Of a stretch of DNA of 64,000 nt, positions 15,101-25,200 are shown piece by piece; position 1 is the stretch's first letter; every line of letters begins with the position of its first letter. Under the pieces are notes generated by a model. It was given only the letters and a program-made list of their open reading frames with translations. It had not been told where the DNA came from and searched no databases. Both the position numbers and the translations under genes were made by a program. Source of the stretch: Trichoplax adhaerens (taxonomy: Eukaryota; Animalia; Placozoa); the NCBI RefSeq assembly GCF_000150275.1, contig NW_002060947.1:5196444-5260443 (forward strand). The letters run 5' to 3'.

Positions 15101-18100
15101 TTCTAGGAAATTGGCTGGAAATAACATCAAGCATTTACAGACAAGCTACTTTCGACAAAATATCTTACTTAGATCAATGTAGGTCCAAATGGAATATTTT
15201 ATTAACCGATAGAAAATAATCTATGTGTTATGCCCAAAATTGAATTTTTAAACGTAAATATAATATAAATTTTAAGTCCTAATACTACATTTGCTAATTT
15301 TCGATTTTAGAGATATTGGCTACAATGAACTAAATGATGAAGAAATGGCCGGATTAATTTCGTCTATAATAATTCTGAATGAGGAGTGCCAGTCATTTAA
15401 GAAAATTTTTCGTTGCTACGAGTATTCAATGTTAGTGCTTTAATAAGTTGTCTCCATATAGCCCGGTCAGAAGAATTTTGATTGTCTTACCGGTATTTAA
15501 AAGTTAATTACTATTGATAATCTTATCGTCATTAGAAATGTGGCCGGTAACAATATGCACTCCATTCCGCCTGGATTTTTCAACTATTTAAAGGAATTTA
15601 TTCTAAAAATGTAACTGTTAATTTTAGATGCTAATAGTCAAAGCTTAAATTTTCGCTATTGCGATAATTTACTTTAAATTAAGTAAAGAGAATCAGAGCT
15701 AGATTTTATCGTAGCATAGAATTATGACGAATGCATTCTTAATTAGAAACGATCTTCATACTGCTCTTACAGCAACATTACTAACAACAAATTACAAACG
15801 GTGGATGCATCAGAAATCTTTTCTTCTCATGACTATATTCTTCAAGAATTGTATGTTCTTTTTATCGTTAGATATCATTTTCTATATACTTACTAATTCA
15901 TATCATTATGGTACACACACTCATTACTTAAGATATTACATTTCATTGAACAGAAGTTTATTCGAAAAGATATAAAATTAATGATTCAAATCTTTAATTC
16001 AGGTATATATCGAATAACCGAATTCAATATTTTACCAATTTCAAGAAATTACAGTTTTACAAACTCAGAATTCTGTAAGTGACCTAAAGTTTATCTAAAG
16101 CTTTAGCTAATATTTCGACTTGAACTATCATCAAGCCCCTTCATCCTTTTCATGAAGATATCTAAAGTTATATTCTTCATTAAATAATATCAAATGTACA
16201 TAAAATCTCTTTAGAAATATTGACAACAACAATATCGCAGATATTTGCCAGAAAAATTTGGGTCGAACATGGCCTAACCTCGAATATTTGTATGTTTATA
16301 AAAATTAATAGCCTAACAATTATTGCTATAATATAATTCATATCAGCATGATCTAAATAAGATTATGTAGTCAAATACATGTGGTCGATCATTAAATACC
16401 ATGCCATTCTATTATGCAGGTCTGCAAATAAAAATAATATCAAAGTATTACAGAGTCGTTGCTTTCAATATTCATCTAAACTAAAATTTATGTAAGTCTT
16501 TAAGATTACTAACAGAAATTTTTAATGTTAAATGCAATAAAGAGGATTCAGTAAAGAAAGGAGTAAACTTTATTCTAATGATAAAATTCTACAGATCGCT
16601 GAAAGAAAATCCAATCAATTCTCTCAACCCTCGATCATTTTATGGACCCCCTATATTAGATACAGTGTAAGCTACATTCAAATCAACAAATAAAAGATAT
16701 ATGTATTTTACTGACAGTGTTGGCAGAATTTTCTAAATTTTTAAAATAATTATTTCCTTATATTGATATAACGTACGGATTGTTATATAATAACTAACTC
16801 TTATAGACTGTACAAACTATATTCTAATCAACATATTAAAATTAATTGTACTTTACTGATAGTATTGCTAAATTTCCCAAATTTAAAAATATAATTATTC
16901 AGTTCCATTGATAAAATATTAGGATTGTTATCTAATTTTTAATTCTTACATTGAAACTGTGTAACTATACTCAAATCAACAAGTTATAAGAAAACACATT
17001 TTAAAAATAGTATTACTAAATGTTTGAAAATGTTTAAATAACTATTTGTTTATGATAACAAAATATATTGAATACTATATAATAACTAACTTCTGTCTTG
17101 ATTTTTTACGATCAGATTGTCAACGCGAGATTATTTATGTTGTTATGTACCTGCTCAAGTCACATTTTGTACACCCATTTATGATCAGGACGCATTGTCT
17201 ACGTGCGATGATATGCTATCTCATCCAACGCTGCAATATTTTGTATGGATAATAGGAATTACAGCATTTGTCGGAAATATTTTAGTATTTCTCCATTATT
17301 GCCAACAAAGTAAACAAAAGCATCCACCCATATCAGTTACTACTGTTTTGCTAACTAACCTGGCATTAGCTGATTTCTTTATGTCAATCTACCTGATTAT
17401 TATTGGTATTGCGGATCAAATCTATCGTGGATACTATTCCATGTATGTAGAACCATGGTTAACGAGTGTGCCTTGCTATTCCGCATCATTCCTGGTATCA
17501 TTATCAAGTTTAATGTCGGTATATATGATGATCATTATTAGCATTGATCGCTTTATATGTATTACTTTCCCATTTTCAACAAAAAGATTAAAAGTTTCCA
17601 GTGCAAGAAATGTGCTGTTGGTCGGTTGGTTATTCTGTATTGTTTTTGCTGGCATACCAGTAGTCTTCAGCATAGGCAAACCAGGAGAGAGCCGCCTCTA
17701 CAAGTATAGCAGTATATGCATGCCTAGTAATGTCAATAACGTTTACTATAGAACTTGGATATTGTGCTATACTTTCTTGACCATGGTAGCCTGGATACTA
17801 ACATGCGCTTTATATTTTGGCATGTTTTTCTCTATGCGTCAATCTAGCAAATCAGTTCGTAAAATCGGATCTGTAAATCGCGACAGAAAAATTGCCATAC
17901 GGTTATTTTTAATCATTATTACTGATTTAGCCTCTTGGATGCCTTATTATATCTTAGTTATTCAAGTTCTTTTTACTGGTACAATTGACATCATCGTCTT
18001 ACAGTTTGTCATCATTTTTGCATTACCAATAAATTCTGCTATTAATCCTTACTTATATACGATTACAAACCTATCTACATTTAATAAAGCTTTTAGTCAA

Positions 18101-18445
18101 GTTGTACCTAGTGGCGTCCACCAGGCAATAACTAATATAAGAAGTACAGAATTAACACGACAAGGTAGCGAAATATCTCGTCGCCAACGCGAATTTAATC
18201 TGTCACATGCTACAAGAAGCGATAGTGTAACACCGAGAAAGAGTATCAGCGTAATACTACTAGATGAGAAACAATCGTCTAATTTAATCGTAGATCAAAC
18301 ACCAGTAGGACAAGGCATATTTAAAGAAGTCGAATTTGGATATTCCGATACGCTTACTAATATTAGCGGTCAAACTGTTAAGCATGGATTGCATCATATT
18401 ACCCCTAGGCGCAATGATCCATCTTCTATTACTAACATTCATTAA
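160..18445 (+). CDS. Giant leucine-rich repeat-containing GPCR (type C LGR / GRL101-RXFP-like hinge), 5' end upstream of window; 50 exons and about 1660 aa in window
   Basis: LRRNT exon 160-289 (WCIDVKYCKCDQKNTTIMC). Then 48 AG..GT-bounded single-LRR exons, all phase 2-2: 994-1065, 3330-3401, 3676-3747, 3871-3942, 4114-4185, 4469-4540, 4643-4714, 5564-5635, 5748-5819, 5927-5998, 6086-6157, 6301-6372, 6470-6541, 7272-7343, 7416-7490, 7611-7682, 8740-8817, 9041-9112, 9228-9299, 9420-9491, 9622-9693, 9889-9960, 10035-10106, 10788-10859, 10952-11026, 11299-11367, 11518-11580, 11715-11786, 12219-12299, 12401-12472, 12596-12661, 12772-12843, 12994-13065, 13196-13267, 13412-13483, 13941-14012, 14309-14380, 14480-14551, 14699-14770, 14917-15003, 15107-15178, 15311-15430, 15536-15610, 15773-15850, 16003-16074, 16215-16289, 16420-16491, 16595-16666 (e.g. 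NLSENNISKIDYRAFEGLSNLKRL). Terminal exon 17116-18445. Confidence 0.9.
1315..1404. repeat. 45-bp direct tandem duplication (2 copies)
   Basis: GAGTCATCTTATAAAAATACT(AAG/TAA)GTGAGAACATCTACTAACTAA at 1315-1359 and 1360-1404. Confidence 0.9.
1615..2195 (+). repeat. Dispersed ~0.6 kb repeat family, diverged copy in LGR intron
   Basis: Collinear similarity to 8160-8710 (e.g. CATAGACATC..ATGACT.ATAC, ATAAGTAAATTACAATCACA). A more degenerate partial copy lies at about 1095-1330. Confidence 0.8.
2946..2983. repeat. Perfect 38-bp palindrome
   Basis: AAGCGTGTAGATCTGTCTA|TAGACAGATCTACACGCTT is its own reverse complement. Confidence 0.95.
8081..8712 (+). repeat. Dispersed ~0.6 kb repeat family (probable non-autonomous TE), copy in LGR intron
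   Basis: Aligns end to end with the reverse complement of about 20068-20728, including an exact 47-bp match (8151-8197 vs 20609-20655). Confidence 0.88.
10563..10594. repeat. (AT)n microsatellite
   Basis: ATATATATATATATATATGTTATATATATATA in an LGR intron. Confidence 0.8.
17116..18445 (+). CDS. Terminal exon of the LGR: Cys hinge + rhodopsin-family 7TM + cytoplasmic tail
   Basis: ORF 17117-18445 is preceded by a phase-2 acceptor. Hinge DYLCCYVPAQVTFCTP..STCDDML; LGR-type motifs GNILV, NLALADFFM, SIDRF, TDLASWMP, LPINSAINPYLY. Confidence 0.95.
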
Positions 18446-20067
18446 GATGTAACATGCAATTTTTTCTTATGCTTATTTATTTCAATTTTGCCTTATTTCT
18501 GTACTGGACTTGGTATTGGTTTGAATTATCACTTCTACCAAATACGCATAAAAATGCTTGTACATCTTTAATGGCTATTTACGGAACTGATCAGTGACGT
18601 AAAAGGGATGTAATAACATATAATCAAAAAAAGAATTGACAATAAATACAACCGAAGTTCCTCGACATAACATTAGAACAGGTGTCACAACAGCGAGAAA
18701 GAAATAAAATTACTAATGGTGAAAGGAACAATAAATATAATATTTTAACTATTTTATGTTATTTGCACTTATATAACTTAAGATTTTCGCTAGCGAGAAA
18801 ATCTTAAAGCATGTTAATGTTAGGCCCATTAATGTGATCGAGAAATTAATTAACCTGAGTGTGAAATAATAATCAAATGTAATAGAATTTAAAATAAGGT
18901 TAAAATAGCTTATCATCTTCTGTAATGCAGCAAGATGCGGAATTTCATCATAATCGTTACGTTATACAGTTCTTTAAGTTTAGTGTTTAATCTTATCATA
19001 AGGAAAGATTAATCTAACAATATAATATAAAATGATCTTCAACCTTTTCAGCGACTTAGACACTACTCTGCTTTCGCATTTATTCTAGATGCCTGAGGGA
19101 AGTTTTATTAATTGATACCTATATAATCTGCGATTGAAGGATTCCTAGAATTATACTATTCCAACCTACGTAATCAATTCTATTTCAAAATATTCACGTT
19201 TAAGTGCTATCAAATTTTAATCATAAAGAAATAACGTTTGTGCTTCAATTATAAACTGTCCCCGCTTCTTTACATAGATGTAGCAATTATCATTTAGCAA
19301 ATTTAGAATTATTACTATATAAATATATACTTAAGTTTTACAACTACAATGGACCATAAAATATTAACAGTAATTATTTCAATTTGTTATCAAGCAAAAT
19401 TTCGTGATGTAGTAGATTACGATTACCTTATTTATTCCTTGTCATAACTGTAATAATGTTATCTAACTAAGTAGAAGATAAACCTTATTACTACATCAAA
19501 AATTGCTTGCTGTAGCAAACTTTTCTTAATTTAAGGAAATTGATACAGCCTTAATTTGCAGTAAATTGTACCATCATTTCCATTTTGCATCACACAAGTC
19601 TAATGGCTATCAATAATTGCACTATAAGGCTTTTGTAAAGCTTAAAAACTAATAGTCTTCAGCACTATCGTAGGCAAATCTTCAGACATTCTCTTCTTGA
19701 CTGAAAATTTTATCAATATCACACCCTAATATTAAATCTATGTCAATTCTTACAATAACTATGTGAAACAACTTTAATTTATTAATTATGCCTTACTGAC
19801 GTTCCTTTATCATAGATTTTCAAGCTGTATTATATTACTATTAATTTAAAAGCTTTAATAAAGATTACATCGGAGCACTATGGATACAGAATTTGCTATG
19901 CTAAAATGTTTATAGATCCCGGAAATATCAGGAATATTCTTGTATCTTTACCCAATACTAAAATAAGTATAGCTTGTGCCAGTAATTAAATATGATATAG
20001 AGCTGAATCTACTTGATATATAATTGTACTCGTAATTATACTATAGCGGTGATTTTTTTTTATTATG

Positions 20068-20728
20068 ACTGATTGTGGCAGTGTTATATACTGTACTAGA
20101 GTAGAAATATCTATGTTAGGATAATTCTGTTAGCCTATCCTTATTTAGTTAACTCCTAATTTGGATATACCGTGTTTTAATATAGCACTGACTTTTTATG
20201 ACGGTGATACATATACACATACTGAAATTAATAGTTATAATAGGGAAAGCAAATTATATACTTACAATTCGAATCATTGCGATTGTAACTTACTTATGGT
20301 AGATTGTAAATTATCGTGGAAATGTTCCGTGATAGGACATATCGTAATCTGACTATTCTGTATTAGTCATAAGATGTCTATGTTCGTAAATACTGTTGTC
20401 TGCATTAAGGAAGCAGTAGCTATAATTAATATCTAATTTAGTAAATGATTACAAAGTTAGTCGTACTAACTATGACTCATGAATTATTGAGGAAGAGTAT
20501 ATAAATGCAATATATCGTGTAATAAAGAGGATTCTCAAACTTAGTGTTTAACGTAAAATACGAGGCGTTTAAGTCTTTGTGTAGACAGCTGGTAGATCAA
20601 AAGTGTTTCTGATAGTGCAGATATCGTTCCTTGATACGTGGTTCAAGGAATTGACTTATTGATCATACATTACGTTATCTTGTTGTAAAGCTGTTTTGTG
20701 ACACTGATTTATGCTGTATTTCAATTAA
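20068..20728 (-). repeat. Dispersed ~0.6 kb repeat family, inverted copy downstream of the LGR
   Basis: Reverse complement matches 8081-8712 and 1615-2195. A degenerate partial repeat follows at about 20800-20890. Confidence 0.88.
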
Positions 20729-22225
20729 TAAAAGTCAATAAAGACCAGTATACTAATTAAAATGTATCTGCTGTATCCAATAGTTATAGAATCTATGCTT
20801 AATACAGGCTAGGAAGCGTTTAAGCCTTATCTGTTGGAGTAAAAATTCTGATAGAGCAGATGTAGTACCATGATACAGTTTCGTGTGTCAAAATTCAGTC
20901 GTTAGAACAAGAAAAATACAAGTTAAATTAAAACGTCTTCAAATATTATTGTATCTAATAAAAGCATTTAGGTATAAATTTTCTAAATAAATTACAGTGG
21001 CTAGTGCTAATTGGGACTTTTAGATACCGTAGAAAGGCATATACGTTCGGTATTTCGTATAATAAACAGTTCTTATGTTAAATATGTACAAACCACAGAT
21101 CATACAGACATGTACATATCATTTATGAATAAATATGTGCATCCCACGTGAAGGTGTTATTTTTTTTAACCAAAAAGTCAAGTGAACTTTGCTTAATACA
21201 TTTGGATATAAGTGAATTTTTCGCAAGTCACAAAAAAAATATTTCGCTCAAATTAGCACTTCGTAAGACAATACTAATAGGGTGTCATTATTAGCTTAAT
21301 AAATTGCCATAAAGTCCTAAATTTAAATCCTCAGGTTTAATATGCTATGTTACTGTAATAAAAAGAAAAACACTATTAATTTGTAAAATTAAAGTAAAGC
21401 AATGCGTTAATTACATGTTTGAAGCCATTAAGTCTGCTATACTGCCATACATTAAGCATTAGTTGCATTGTTACAAACATTGAGTGATTTTCGTCTATTT
21501 ACTAACACATTCGAATGTGTTAATCTTATAAATATTATTTACCACTATCTAACTGATGCTAGTTCTGTGATTACAACTTACTTATTCATGAAACTAAAGT
21601 TTCACAGCACAAAATAAAAACTTTTTTATATTTATTTATTAATATTGTATGGTCCGATACCCTTTCATAACAATATTACACTCAATTTATCAGCATTAAT
21701 TCCAATAGCTTAATCATAATTCTATAGTTCTCTTAAATGAAATATGCATCAAGTGTTTTATGGAAATCTTCAAGAAGCTAAGATTATCTCTTATATTCTT
21801 AAAACAGATAAGGAAGTTTAGCAAATGTATTGATTCCAGCTAATTGTAGTAGTACAGTAAGTGGCTAACATGATGAGATGGCGCACTTGTACTATTTTTA
21901 TAGAAGACTGTAATAGCAGGAGGCTATTACTCGGTCATTACAGCAAAGTAGTTTTATTCTCAGCCGGGCGGGGATTGTTTAAGTTAAATATTGTAATTTT
22001 AAATATTTATGAAAAATTTTCGTTGATCTACCATTTACTGTAATAATTTTTTTGAATAGATTAAAGAGGTTTCTTTAAGTATCATAAGCCCTTAATTTTA
22101 AAATTAAATTTACTTTTTAAATGATTTTGTATCTGCGTATACAAGATAAAATGTAATTAAGGTTAGCAAAAAATTACGATATAATAATCCTCGTTCGCCA
22201 TATGATTATATCATAATGGACATAT

Positions 22226-25200
22226 TTAATAAGTAAATTCTTTAATATTTGAATCCAATTTGTTCTCAGAGGGGTTATCTTCTTTCGATACTAGTGCTAT
22301 TGGTGTTTTTATCGTTAGTTCTGTAGATTCATCACTAGAGTTAGCATCATGAGATCCGGCTGAATCTGATTCATGGTCTGCATCTTCAATTGGAATATCT
22401 AATTCCTTAGTATCGTCATTGATTGCGTCTGAGAACAAGATACATGAGACTTATCCATAAAATTGAAAAATTCATTTTTTGAAATGTAGTATTAAACTTA
22501 CAATTATTATCTGTAACTGCTTGATTTAATACTGCCATCCATCTACACAAATTAGTAATAAGAAACTTTACAAAGGTGTTTCGAAATCATTTTAAGTACC
22601 GTATATTATAATCGTTCAATATCATACTTAGTCATTTCTTCTCGATTATCTGCGTTTAAATAACAGATAGCTGTATGGTCCTTGGTGCAAATTTGAAAGG
22701 CACTAAATATTGCAAACGACATGGGTTGTCTGATCTTAAACCCAGAATATCGTAGTAAAAGCAAGCACGAAAGAAATATACTGACTGCCGCTTTACGCCA
22801 GATGGAAGTACAATGTAGTCGATAAGAGAAATTTTCTCCAGTAATTCAATCTAAATTAAAGATAGCATAAAATTGGCACTATATTTGCGATATTATTAAA
22901 GTCAAAACTGCATTTAGAATCTGTACGTTAGCTTGGGCTATATTTAAAAGAACAATTATATCCGAGGACATTTCATGAAGAGTTCGCACCTCATTCTTCT
23001 TATATATGTATAAATTAGTATCTAGTAATCGAAACCAGCATCGACACCATTGCTTCGATAAATTAGAACCTGAAAATTATTCAAGGAATCTAATATGTTG
23101 GCTAAGTTCGTAACATACAATATGAATAATGGCAAAATCGTTGTCGAATTACCTGGTCTTGTGGGCTTAATCCACAGAAATCCAGCTAAATCACTTCGAC
23201 CTACCATTTCGTAGAAAGTTATAATCATGAACAACATAATTACGAATTGGTAGCATAGTTGCCTTTCGTATTTGTGATTAAACCACCTCATCAAGTATTA
23301 ATATTGTATAAAAGTGTTTCAAGCTAGAAGTATTCCTAATTTGCAACCAAGATGAGAAAGTAATTTCTTTGTCCTACATGACAAAGAACTGGAATGTCAA
23401 TCAAACGGTATCCCAATGTTAGATTTCATTGGGTAAAGACATAGTAAGGCCCGGAAATTCTTAGCCTACTCTACTAACTGAAGAATCATAACTTGAATAG
23501 ATTTTAGAGCTTAAAACAGATTTAGCTATGAGAATTACTTCATCTTGACAATTGATTAAATAAATGCATATTAGAAAATTCATTATTATTAACTAAACTA
23601 GTCTAATCCTTTCCAATTTATAAGATAACTGAATGAATTAACTCCAGATTGCAATTTAACAAACATATGTTAAGGTTATCATACCAGAAGAATTTATCTA
23701 AACCTAGAAACTATACTTGCAATTTTTAACATATTTAGCCATTAATCAAGTAAAGGCAAATTAGAAAGTCTATAATTACTGACATAACTGCAGCCTGATT
23801 CTGTTGAATTTATTATACGTATTAGTAAATTAATTAACTCTAGAGCACAGTTCAACAAAAACTGGTGCTATCATATTAGAATAGCTCATGCAAACTTAGA
23901 AGCTATGCTTTCAATTCCTAACACTATTCAGATCAATTAAGATGCTTCGGTTAAACAAGTTCGTAATTACTATTTCAGTCTAACTATTCCTAAAATAAGG
24001 ATTACAAATACATCAATGATCGTTATCCTTTAAAATTACACTTAGGAGGACGGTGAATGTTACTGGCCCACAAGTACATCTCAAATCGAATATGAAATTA
24101 TTCTATAATACACACGTCAATATAATTTACTTTCATGACCATTAAAGAGCAGGGTGTACTGATTGGCATGACATCTTGGCATTTTAAGCTACTACATCAT
24201 GTAAATGCTTCTATGCAATATCGCTTACTAATCGCAATTATAACTATAATCACCTCCTCGGTACTTGTTCACTTTATGCAGTAATTCCTGTATAAGCAAA
24301 ATAATATTTAAATTATGTACTATCGAAACATTCTCTATTGGAAAATATCCTGTTACAAATTGTTATAGAAAGAAAATTCCGTCGTGAATGTGATGCGAAT
24401 AATATCATGTAACAGTCTCTTTATTATACGTATCTTATTATTTGCAGAATGAAATCTTAAAACAAGTTTCTGTAAGAATTATTTGTATTTTATAATTTTA
24501 AAAATAGCTTTTCAAATATTAAGTCACTGATTAGCTGTAACTTACATTCTCGGAAATAGCTGAAAAGCTACGATCTTTATTTCGACGGCCTAAATATACG
24601 CAAAATTCATGAAGCGAAATAAAATACCATCTGATCTTAGAAATTTACGGCTGAACTATAATAAACTTACCAAATACAGCACTATCTCTCCTATGTCCAG
24701 TCTGTAGAATAGATCATAGGGATTAGCTAAACATTGGTTATAAGTGAAGTAGTATAATATTTCCATTTTTGCAATCATCAGAACCTATCAAATTAATAAT
24801 AACTTAAAGCTGAATTATCGTTTACTTACACCGGAAGATTGTCCTCCCCAATCTATTAAAAATTATGATTTAATGAGATAATGATTTTTTAGCATTTACA
24901 TGAATTAAAAATTGCAAATGACAGAACATAGTCCGATTACTAGAATATAAACATAGACATTACCCCATAGAGACTGGTTGCTAAAACGCTTCTTGATCTG
25001 CTCAAAAAGAGTTATGGATGGTGAATACAAAACATTATTCACCTCGAATGATAATTTATAATTTTTCTGACAATTAATTAATATTGTGAAATGGTGTCGA
25101 AAATTGAGTTTACCCTTTGCTTAATCCCAGTAAAACCCTTGCGGTTTTTACCAGGTGAGCTATTACTCCTTACGGGAACTGATGAATCTATAGAAGACAA

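Noticed and set aside
994-16666. Regularly spaced ~72-bp units suggesting a CRISPR-like array
   Set aside because: The units are spliceosomal LRR exons with no identical direct repeat, in a eukaryotic context with no cas genes.
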